Below are positions 24,815 through 37,100 of a stretch of DNA of 64,000 nucleotides, piece by piece. The notes under the pieces were generated by a model, which had not been told where the DNA came from, searched no databases, and saw only the letters and a list, made by a program, of their open reading frames with translations. The DNA comes from Balanoglossus misakiensis. Lineage: Eukaryota; Animalia; Hemichordata. Location of the stretch: assembly GCA_040954595.2 (NCBI GenBank), contig CM082598.2, positions 1,550,001-1,614,000 on the forward strand. The letters are read 5' to 3'. A program made the position numbers and the translations under genes. Position 1 is the stretch's first letter. Each line of letters begins with the position of its first letter.

Positions 24815-27800
24815 TCACTCTAAAGCCATAACCTCAACTTCGCAGAAGTGCATCTGTTGTTCCCGGTCTATGAGTTGGATACTGACATACCGTCCACTCA
24901 TTGGGATTTCGCAGCCACACCTGATGTGAATAGGCTGATCTTTGACCATTCTACCAAGTACCATCATCCCACAGACTGGATTGTTGTTGAAGTTCGCACT
25001 GTTACCAACACGGATCTCGGCATGTTTGAGACGGAAGGCTGCAAATTTAGGCAGAAAATAATAATAGTGACCAATTTGTCTACCATCCAGTCAATTTTAC
25101 AATGAAAAGTCAAAATATTTGATAATGTATACTCATGTACATCAGACAATCTAATCGTATGATCTGAAGTTAATGTTAATATATACTAAAGACCCAATGA
25201 AAAATGACTTACGACAGCAATCTCCTCTGTTTGTGATTACAACCTCGTACACACTGTAAGATTTTCCTAAATCCACTTTCCACCATGGTTGGTATTCTTT
25301 GTTAGTCCAAATACAAGACCCACCCCGAACGTTATCATCTTTATTTCCGTCAACAGCGTTTCCAGCGCCTCCGTTCTGCTTCGGTTTGTCTGAACTCTGA
25401 CTAGCCGCCTTGCCTACAGCTACGTTGCGCATGCCATCAGGAAACTCACAAGCTGTAGTCGATGAACAAAAATATTGACAGACAAAAAATGAAACTGAAA
25501 TTAGCCATTTTCTTATCCCTTTCATCGCCACATTCAAATCGCCATTTTTGCAGAAAATTAACCTCGTCACAGTTATATGATTTTTTTTTTTCAAAAATTC
25601 CGATAAAGACCTGCACACAATGGAAAATTATGCCGACTTAGTCTAGAATCAAGAGGGTGTTTCCTGCACCAAAAGAATAACTAGCAAAGCAGAACAGCAC
25701 TGACAGCCAAGAAAGTACACAGACGGTTCCGAAATCTGTTTCAGAAATTCCAAAATACTGATGTAAAACCATCTCGTTAGAATCCACCACATCAGTAAGC
25801 ACATAACAACAGATCAAGATAGAGTCACGGCCCAAAGTTTAAAGCATCTGCCAGTTGACACATTCACCCTGGTTTCCTTCCATGGCTTTATCTCAGATCC
25901 ATACTACACAGCTTTTCAGAAGATATATGAAAGGGCTATACTTACGAGGCAATGTAGGAATATATGTCGTATCTGAAAAAGACATACAGAGAGGACTAAT
26001 AGTTAGAGTATTTCATATTAAATTTTGCATGCACACGTGACAGGAATGTATCCATCAGGTGTGCCGAAACATATAGCGCGTTTAATTTGAAGGAATCTGA
26101 GGTATCACATAGAATATGCCCGCGTTGAGCAAAAGATAAATACACCTACGGTATCCTGCTGTGGTGGGTGGTGGGGGAGCTTCTGTCCGTACTTTCTCCG
26201 TTGTTGGTGGGGGTGGGGGTGGAGTCGTTGGTGGTGGGGGTGGGGGTGGAGTCGTTGGTGGTGCCACACCTGTTTAAAGTATTGAACACTTTTTATCAAC
26301 CAAAACTACCATGATGTAATTTAGAAATTAGGGATGTCATTTCAGGAGGTATATACAAAACACCTGGATTTAAGTGTTGTTATCAACCATATATTTACTA
26401 TATCTCTTTCACAGTAGAACTCGTATAAAACAATGCAAAGCTTTGAATATAAAAATTATCAGACTATGAAAAATATAGCTTACTCTCTTCACAAATGTAA
26501 TATCGCCGTGCGTCACATGGGTAATCATCCCATTGAAAAGAACTTCCGGCCCTGACCAGATAAAAATAACTTAGCATGATTAAACACATACTATTCAAGG
26601 ACTGGCTAGGACTTTCTCGTCAGCCAATATCAAGCCACGGAAGTAAGAGTCATAGAGTGAGACTAACTTTCATTTCCAACAAAACGCATTCTAGGACGAA
26701 CATGTTTAAATATTGTTTGATGAAATAGTTTTCCAGCAAAATAAGGCTGATCCACAGATATGCGGTGTATCAATGCTGTACTAATAACACCAAAAATTCA
26801 CCTCATGTAACCGCAGTCTCCATTACCATTAGGTTCACCGCTAGCCCAGTTAGTGTACGCTAAGGTTTCTCCTTCCACGGTTTTGAATACGCCATTTGAT
26901 TTACGGACATTGATGTACACATCATGGCCACCATGACCGCTATCTTTCAACAAAGATATCAAGTGCTTGTTCACCATTGGATTTCGAACAACTGCCAGTG
27001 TCTTTCCACTGCGCTGACAGGCTGCATACGCCTCATCAAATGTCAGTTGGTCAGTAGACACAGTAAAAGCATCCTCTAGATAAAAACAAAGGGTAAGATT
27101 TTAGGTGTGTGACCTTTGAACCCGACTAGGAGGAAATGACATCATGGGTCACGATGGGGTCTATACTTCTGCAGATCACCATTACAAGATAAACAACCAA
27201 CAGAAAAGAAAGCGTGTGCAAATAAACCATGTCTATATAACATTTTGTAGCTGAGATTTTCCTTCTGTAATTCCAATATTTTTTTATGAAATCGATAATT
27301 CAACATGCAAACTTACTTTCCTCTTGAGTTATTCCTGTAGAAATAAAATTGGGAAAGCAAGAAGTCAACACAAAGTAATGATTGTAACTCCATTATAATA
27401 ACTGGCAACAATGTCAAACATACAAAACCCCATTGTTTTGAGGAAATGTGCCTAACAAACATTTATATATACGACATCGACAGCTGAGTGTATCCTGCTT
27501 AATGACAATTAGAAGATATGACAATTTTGATGTTTTAATTACTAACCGTATTTATTTCACATAAATCCGTTATCAACTTAAAACATCAAACCCTAAATGA
27601 CAAGAAAATCAATTAAAATAACACTCTACAATTACCTTTTCCTCCTTCACATATGTATGCCCGTCGATGATCACAAGTGTTATCATCCCACTGCCGTAGT
27701 CCACCAGGTCTGAAAAATGCAATGTAGAAAAAACTAAATTCACCACATGCAAATTCATATATCAAATAAATCAAACACAAGAACTTGCAAATTAAGGTTT

Positions 27801-30800
27801 TCAATAAATTCCAACTGTAGCCAGTATGTCTGTTTGATAGTTCTCGCTGTTAACCATATAATGTACATCACCTTGAAATATTACTAATGTCAAGAAAAGT
27901 ATCTCTTACTTGATGTATGCACAGTCAGTTGGACCACCATTGGGCTCACCACCGTCCCAGTTGGTATATGGCAAAGGGGTTCCATCAGTAGTTCTCCACA
28001 AGCCCTCTGATTTACGGCCATTGAACCATACATTTTCTCCTTTAAGTTCCTCTGTATACAGTAGTCCCACCAAGAACTTATTCACTACTGGACTTGCATC
28101 TACTGCCAACGATGCCCCATAACTCTCACACGCCCAAACAGCATCTTCAAATGTTCGCTTGTCTTCAAAAGCACGGTATTGCTCCACTGAAATTGGAATA
28201 CATCATCCGAACTTATTATCGTCTAATTTGAACTTGTAAGTGTATAAAGATTTATTTAAAAATAAGTACCAGCAAAAAGCTGTATAATACTGAACTCAAC
28301 TTTTTACAATTGAGTCTAACATGTGGCAACGACAGCGATCTTTTGGGGATACAGCAAGTAACTGTATGGAGAGTAATAATTACATTTTAACTACATGTTT
28401 GAAAATTATTTTTTCTTAATCTTTGTAAAATCGAGAATGCAACATGAAAACTTACTTTGGGCCTGAGTTAATTCTGTAGAAATAAAATGAGAAACATAGG
28501 ATATCAATATCAAGCAATAACTAACAGACTAACACAGATTATCAAAGATTACTCCCAATAACTGGCCATAATGCCAAACATGCAAAAACCAAATGAATCA
28601 CAATTATTTCTATATGATCTACACCACGCAGACCATATATGTAACAAGATTTAAGACATTTGAAAAATGACATTTTCAAAGTTTGTATGTACCAACATCA
28701 TTCATTTGACATCTCCCAGTTATCAACTTAAAACACTAAACCTCAAATGATAAGAAAATCAAGTAAAAATAATGCCCTCCAATTACTTTCGCCTCCTTCA
28801 CAGATATATGCCCGTCGATGGTCACAAGTGTTATCATCCCATTGACGTGCTCCACCAGGTCTACAAAATGCATGTGTAGAAGAAAAATTACATTCATAAA
28901 TCAAACACAAGAACTTGCAAATAAAGCTTATATATCAATTCCAACTGCAGCCATATCATTTTTTAAAATCAAATAGTACTAAATTTCGTGTGGCAGTTTG
29001 GTGGTTCCCGGTGTTAACCATATAATGTACATCACATTGGAATTTTAGTACACATGTGAAGAAAACTATATCTTACCTGATGTATGCACAGTTGTCATTT
29101 GAACCACCATTAGGTTCACCACCGTCCCAGTTGGTATATGACAAGGGTGTTCCATCAACCGTTCTCCACATGCCCTCCGATTTATGGCCACTGAACCACA
29201 TATTTTCTCCTCTCAGTTCCTCTGTATTCAGCATTCCTACCAAGAACTTATTCACAACTGGACTTGGAATTTCTGCCAACGATGCTCCAAAACTCTCACA
29301 AGCCGAAACAGCTTCGTCAAATGTCCTCTTGTCAGAAAAACCATTAAATTTGTCCACTGAAAATTCAATATTGAATTTAAAAGCATTTAGTCAGATGATA
29401 ACTGGGAAAGTATAGTCTATCTATAGCTTAGTCATTCATGTCTTCACAGATACAGATAGGAATACCTAACTCAAAGTTCCATCTGCTTTGCCCTGTATAG
29501 TTGTCTACTCTGTAAAGCAGGTAGATGTGTTAACTACTCACACTCTTCGGAATATATTTCAAGTCCAACTAATGGTGTAATCGGTTAAGATTGCAATAAA
29601 TCATTTCTGGGCAATATATGGTTGATTCTATCAACCAATTATTACGAATTGATGTGACAATACCAACATAAAACACTGTCAGATCGCATCTCACATATAA
29701 GACAGTGGACTTGTATGGTACAATATGTACAGGGATTAAATGTTAGATGTTTTAAAGTTGTCTGTAATTTACGGTTTTTATGTTACTGAAGCATTCAAGG
29801 TGAAAACCTACCTTCGGCTTCAGATAGTTCTGTAGAAGTAAAACGAGAAACACAAGACGTAACTATCGAATAATGGTTGGCACAACGGAAACATGATTAC
29901 AGTGTTTTTAATAAACAGGGTCCACAGCAGTTTGTGGTAGAGATTATGACAATAGACAACACATAGTATTATCATACTGATTTCTAATTTATCGAGTGTT
30001 AAGATTTCAAAGGTCAAATGAACATGAAGATATATTACCCTCTCCTCCTTCACAGATGTATACTCGTCGGTGACTGCATAGGTTATCATCCCACCGGTGG
30101 CCGGCCCCACTTCTGTGAAAAAATGCATACATACAAAACTTAGTTCAAAAGGTTTTCACTTTAGTGCGAGGGGGTCAAAGCACATTATAATAACGGCATT
30201 CTCAGTAAGAAACAGAAGAAATATTATATGTTTTATTTTCGACGAAAACCTAGACTAACAGTGGATATATCCTGATATTTTAAGTAATAAATGTCTTGAA
30301 ATACTACCGATGCGAAGAAAACTATCTCTTACCTAAGGTATGCACAGTCATTGGCACCACCATTAGGCTCACCATTGTCCCAGTTGGTATATGACAAGGG
30401 TGTTCCATCAACCGTTCTCCACATGCCATCTGACTTACGGGCATTGAACCATACATCTTCTCCACCAAGACCCCTTCCTTTCAACATAGAAACCAAGTAA
30501 TCGTGCTCCGCTGTGCTTGTAATTGTTGCCAACGACGCTCCAAAACTCTCGCAAGCAGTAACTGCCTCATCAAAAGTCCTTTTACCTTTAAACGCACGGA
30601 ATTTGACTTCTGGAAAGATGCATATTTTTGAAACTTTAGAATAAGGTTATGGATTGGAATTATACTCATTGATTTCAATAATTTTCAAGTCAATATTTAA
30701 AAGGCCAAATGACAAGATTAACGATTAACATAAAGATGTATTACCCTCTCCTCCTTCACAGATGAATACTCGTTGGTGACTGCATGCGTTATCATCCCAT

Positions 30801-33313
30801 CGGTGACTGGCCCCACTTCTGTGAAAAAAATGCATGTATACAAAACTAAGTTCAATAGGTTTTCACTTCGTGCTAAGGGTCAAAGCACATTATAATAAAG
30901 AGACAGAAGAAATTATATGTTAACTGATTTCATGACTTCTTATGGTCAACCATTTCTGTTTTTGTGGTTTACATATTAAACTCATTCAACTTCTTTCCAT
31001 ACTTTTGCTTATTAACTTCCATAGTTAAAATATCTTAGGTTGAAATTGTGTCAACGACAAGAGATTGTCCTCACTCACGTAGGTAGCCAAAAAACCTATT
31101 GAAGGTAGGGAGAATTCCCAGTACATGTACAATAATATGTATGCCAACACATCAAACAAATAAGATGGTGATTCGTATTAATTACAACTCTAAAGTGTTG
31201 TAGCATTTTTACTTTTTCAAGAGTTATTGCAGCAGTCCTAACCTGATGTATGCACAGTCATTGGCACCACCATTAGGCTCGCCATAGTCCCAGTTTGTAT
31301 ATGACAAGGGTGTTCCATCATTCGTTCTCCACAAGCCATTTGATTTACGGGCATTGAACCATACATCTTCTCCACCAAGACCATCTGCTTTCAGCATGCT
31401 CACCAAGTAATCGTGCACCATTATGTTGGTAACTTTTGCCAATGTCGCTCCATAACTCTCACAAAAGGAAACTGCCCCATCAAAATTCTTTTTGTTTCCA
31501 AACGCACGGAATGTGTTCTCTGAAAAGTTACATATGTATTTTTGTATCATTTGGTCAAGGTAGTGGTTCGTTCATTTCTAATATGACCTGTTCACAGTAA
31601 TGAAATGCCTTATTTTTGTTGAAAGTGTTGAAAGAATTATTGTAGTGGGTTGTTGATGGCTGTATTGTAATAAATTATACCAGATTGAACTTTTACTAAC
31701 AGATTTCATACTAAAACTTTACATGAAAAAAGCAATGAATTAGGGCAATTTCATTTAAACACTCAAAACTTACTTTCAGCTTGAGTCAGTTCTGTGAAAT
31801 GAAATGAGAGAAATGTTAGTAATGCCGATTGGTGAATGGAATGGCGAACTGTTTTAAATATCAGCAAGCATGCAGAGAAGGGGGCGAGGAAGAGCCAGGG
31901 GAGAAGAGAGAATGACGAAGAGAGAGAGAGGGGTGAGAGAGAGCTATATACATACAATAACGTAAAACCACTCAACGAAGTCAAGGATAAGTAGTAATAT
32001 AGGATTAGTACAATTATTATTAGCGTGCGCAGTAAAAGTTATGATTTTTGAAAGCTTGAGAGTATGAGAAATTACCTTCTCCGCCTTCACAGATGTAAAT
32101 CCTTCTCGTGTTGCAGTCAGCATCATCCCACTGTAGGGATTTCGAGTTCCTGGGGAGATTATTTCCAAGTGGAAACGTTTACTCTTTACTATGTGTTGTC
32201 CTAACAACAGACAAGATGGCGGCAACCATTTATTGTCTGTGTCGAAGATCGGAAAAATACAGCATATTGGACGAAAAGAATTAAGGCACAAATGTAATGT
32301 AATGATGACGTACCACATGTAGCCACAATCTCCATTGCCACTTGGTTCTCCAGATGCCCAGTTGGTGTATGGTAGAGGTTCTCCATCCGCTGTTTTAAAC
32401 ACGCCATTTGATTTTCGGACACTGATGTAAGCATCGCCCAGATTCCGCGATCTCAACAAATTGACCAAGGCGACATGTTCGACAGAATTGGACACCACGG
32501 CCAGAGATGCCCCCATACTCTGACAAGCCGACTTCGCATCATCAAATGTTTTCGTGTCAGTAAACAAATGAAAATTAAACTCTGAAAGATAAACAATTCA
32601 ATTATCAGCAGATAGGAAAGCCAACTGCAACGTGATGATTTTACAATTAGGGGGGGGGGCTATCAGTATTTATCAACACACCAAATTTATACGCAAATAA
32701 AATTAAGAGTCATTTAGGTATGACATGGACGATTTATTTCTCGCCACACCGCCATCCATTATTCAAAGGGCACTGTTGAAACTTGTCTCATCGGCTATCA
32801 CTTGAACCTATCCACTTTAAAATATCATATATCGCTTAGTGCTCACAGCTTACTAATTACCTGTATGAGACTATTCAATTTAGACTCAGGTAATTCGGCG
32901 AGCAGTACCGTGTCCAGAGCAAGTCTGTGCAGGCACTGGACGACTCTTTTGTTTGGGCAGGTTAATCTAATGGCGAACAAGAATGTTGAAAACTCCCAAC
33001 GTTTCGTGGCCAAAGTTTCTGTTTCTTGGCATACAAGTAGAAACACTATGATGTTAGGACATTTGCGAGCACGCTTTTTAAAATATCAGCACCGTAGTAT
33101 GATCTACTCATGATTGATAAAACCTGTGCCATAGTCTGTACAATAACTTGTGATAAGACAGGAACGTAGTACAAATAAAATAACTCATATTTTAAGGAAT
33201 AAGATTCGTGGAACGTACCATATTGAAAAAGCATTGAATTTGCAATAAAAAAACTTACCAGCTCTGCCTATCTCGACAGACAGTGCCAAAACCAGTAACA
33301 CTAGAAAAGCCAT
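24815..33313 (-). CDS. Secreted chimeric lectin copy A: signal peptide + 6 C-type lectin domains + Pro/Thr stalk + F-type (fucolectin) domain, ~942 aa
   Basis: Exons: 33259-33313 (MAFLVLLVLALSVEIGRA); CTL1 32314-32581, 32076-32149; 31774-31791; CTL2 31243-31519, 30745-30818; CTL3 30333-30609, 30039-30112; 29812-29829; CTL4 29077-29356, 28787-28860; 28456-28473; CTL5 27910-28186, 27636-27709; 27317-27334; CTL6 26802-27075, 26484-26551; stalk 26150-26269, 25946-25972; FTP 25213-25452, 24815-25038. The sum is 2829 nt, in frame. Motifs: YTNW-GEPN, WDD-C, YICE; NVAVGKAASQSS, AVDGN, PWWKVDLG, NRGDCC, GRYVSI, CEVEV. Confidence 0.88.
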
Positions 33314-33671
33314 CGTTCTTTAGACACCAGAGCTTCAAATCTGTGAGGGGGAAATTAAAGGAAAATCATGATATAACAACGTATTTTGGGATCAAGATCA
33401 TGGATTGATAACTACCGATACAAGCTGATGACTTTTTTACCGAACGGCTCACTTAAATTGTGCTTGCTAGGTTTACATTATTACTTTTTGACAGCTGTTT
33501 GACTTCAATGGCAATATTCCTAACTTTTTAAGTACGTACTTAAAGTCTTTCGTTATTCTACCGATTATCTCTGAGCATAGTGATCTTGCATGAGCGAATA
33601 CTCACCTCTGCCAAGTAAGACGAAGCTTCCGTTCTACCCAGGTCTGACAATCTGCTCGGGTTGAGCAGTCC

Positions 33672-33678
33672 TATTTAT
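33672..33678 (-). promoter_or_regulatory. TATA-like box of lectin copy A (copy B at 43688-43694)
   Basis: ATAAATA on the minus strand, ~65 bp upstream of a GTGAGT donor (33600-33605) that closes a non-coding first exon. Confidence 0.45.
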
Positions 33679-34170
33679 TGGTGTACTAAAAGCCATTCAT
33701 ATCATTAACCCAACCTAAATTCGGTTCAGTTAATTACAAAAAGTTTTATTTTTGGCATTTATACACCCATGAATAACTCATTAGAAACGTGGCATGCTTA
33801 CATTCGGGCATTGCACACATACATACATACATACATACATACATACATTTACTTAACGAACTAAACGACTGTTGCATTGCTAATTTTTAATTGTTCTGAT
33901 ACCATCTGTGGGCCTGCAGGCTTCATTAAGACATGTCACCTGTCTCTCTCAATTTTCGTGACAAACAAGACAACTGTTGCAAGTTGGCGAAGATTTCATG
34001 ACTGTAGTTCTTTATTTCTCTTTAGCGTATAAGCTCAACGAGTATTGGGGAGCCATCACTACAGGTTCAGTTTGCCAAAACCCAAAGAAAAACCCTTCAC
34101 CAACTAGAATTATATTAGCATGCATTTCGTTTCTTTGTGATCGGTCCATTAATGCTGACATTTTATGGAC

Positions 34171-37100
34171 TCACTCTAAAGCCATAACCTCAACTTCGCA
34201 CATGTGCAACTGTTGTTCCCGGTCGATGAGTTGGATACTGACGTACTGTCCACTCATTGGGATTTCGCAGCCACACCTGATGTGAATAGGCTGATCCTTG
34301 ACCATTCTACCAAGTACCATCATCCCACAGACTGGATTGTTGTTGAAGTTCGCACTGTTACCAACACGGATCTCGGCATGTTTAAGACGGAAGGCTGCAA
34401 ATTTAGGCAGAAAATAATAATAGTGACCAATTTGTCTACCATCCAGTCAATTTTACAATGAAAAGTCAAAATATTTGATAATGTATACTCATGTACATCA
34501 GACAATCTAATCGTATGATCTGAAGTTAATGTTAATATATACTAAAGACCCAATGAAAAATGACTTACGACAGCAATCTCCTCTGTTTGTGATTACAACC
34601 TCGTACACACTGTAAGATTTTCCTAAATCCACTTTCCACCATGGTTGGTATTCTTTGTTAGTCCAAGAACAAGACCCACTCATAACGTTATCATCTTTAT
34701 TTCCGTCAACAGCGTTTCCAGCGCCTCCGTTCTGCTTCGGTTTGTCTGAACTCTGACTAGCCGCCTTGCCTACAGCTACATTGTGCATGCCCTCAGGAAA
34801 CTCACAAGCTGTAGTCGATGAACAAAAATATTGACAGACAAAAAATGAAACTGAAATTAACCATTTTCTTATCCCTTTCATCGCCACATTCAAATCGCCA
34901 TTTTTGAAGAAAATTAACCTCGTCACAGTTATATGATTTTTTTTTTTCAAAAATTCCGATAAAGACCTGCACACAATGGAAAATTATGCCGACTTAGTCT
35001 AGAATCAAGAGGGTGTTTCCTGCACCAAAAGAATAACTAGCAAAGCAGAACAGCACTGACAGCCAAGAAAGTACACAGACGGTTCCGAAATCTGTTTAAG
35101 AAATTCAAAAATACTGAAGTAAAACTTTCTATACTTACGAGGCAATGTAGGAATATATGTCGTATCTGAAAAAGACACACAGCGAGGACTAATAGTTAGA
35201 GTATTTCATATTAAATTTTGCATGCACACGTTACAGGAATCCATCAGGTGTGCCAAAACATACATACATACATACATACATACATACATACACAGAGACA
35301 TACAGACAGACAGACAGACAGACATGATAATGATGTGGTGTAACAAAACGTTTATGCTCGTGTCATATTGTATCCTTCTGCCATATTTCAGTGACATCAC
35401 TTTAGAACTTTAGACCTGTTTCTGCATGCGTTATATGCGTTCGATGCCTGTGGGAACTAATAGCACGTTTAATTTGAAGGAATATCTGATAAATACACCT
35501 ACGGTATCCTTCTGTGGCCGGTTGTGGGGGAGCTTCTGTCTGTACTTTCTCCGTTGGTGGCGGTGTTGTTGGAGGGGGTGGAGTCGTTGGTGGGGGTGTG
35601 GTTGGTGGGGGTGGAGTCGTTGGTGGCGCCACACCTGTTTAAAGTATTGAACACTTTTTATCAACCAAAACTACCATGATGTAATTTAGAAATTAGGGAT
35701 GTCATTTCAGGAGGTATATACAAAACACCTGGATTTAAGTGTTGTTATCAACCATATTTAAATGTCAAGCATATATTTACTATATCTCTTTCACAGTAGA
35801 ACTCGTATAAAACAATGCAAAGCTTTGAATATAAAAATTATCAGACTATGAAAAATATAGCTTACTCTCTTCACAAATGTAATATCGCCGTGCGTCACAT
35901 GGGTAATCATCCCATTGAAAAGAAGTTCCGGCCCTGACCAGATAAAAATAACTTAGCATGATTAAACACATACTATTCAAGGACTGACTAGGACTTTCTC
36001 GTCGGCCAATATCAAGCCACGGAAGTAAGAGTCATAGAGTGAGAACTAACTTTCATTTCCAACAAAACGCATTCTAGGACGAACATGTTTAAATATTGTT
36101 TGATGAAATAGTTTTCCAGCAAAATAAGGCTGATCCACAGATATGCGGTGTATCAATGCTGTACTAATAACACCAAAAATTCACCTCATGTAACCGCAGT
36201 CTCCATTACCATTAGGTTCTCCGCTAGCCCAGTTAGTGTACGCTAAGGTTTCTCCTTCCACGGTCTTGAATACGCCATTTGATTTACGAACATTGATGTA
36301 CACATCATGGCCACCATGACCGCTGTCTTTCAACAAAGATATCAAGTGCTTGTTCACCATTGGATTTCGAACAACTGCCAGTGTCTTTCCACTGCGCTGA
36401 CAGGCTGCATACGCCTCATCAAATGTCAGTTGGTCAGTAGACACAGTAAAAGCATCCTCTGGATAAAAACAAAGGGTAAGATTTTAGGTGTGTGACCTTT
36501 GAACCCGACTAGGAGGAAATGACATCATGGGTCACAATGGGGTCTATACTTCTGCAGATCACCATTACAAGATAAACAACCAACATAAAAGAAAGCGTGT
36601 GCAAATAAACCATGTCTATATAACATTTTGTAGCTGAGATTTTCCTTCTGTAATTCCAATATTTTTTTATGAAATCGATAATTCAACATGCAAACTTACT
36701 TTCCTCTTGAGTTATTCCTGTAGAAATAAAATTGGGAAAGCAAGAAGTCAACACAAAGTAATGATTGTAACTCCATTATAATAACTGGCAACAATGTCAA
36801 ACATACAAAACCCCATTGTTTTGAGGAAATGTGCCTAACAAACATTTATATATACGACATCGACAGCTGAGTGTATCCTGCTTAATGACAATTAGAAGAT
36901 ATGACAATTTTGATGTTTTAATTACTAACCGTATTTATTTCACATAAATCCGTTATCAACTTAAAACATCAAACCCTAAATGACAAGAAAATCAATTAAA
37001 ATAACACTGTACAATTACCTTTTCCTCCTTCACAGATATATGCCCGTCGATGATCACAAGTGTTATCATCCCACTGCCGTAGTCCACCAGGTCTGAAAAA

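Noticed and set aside
32843-33046. Possible extra coding exon in the lectin intron
   Set aside because: No convincing acceptor/donor pair found; the signal exon joins CTL1 in frame without it.
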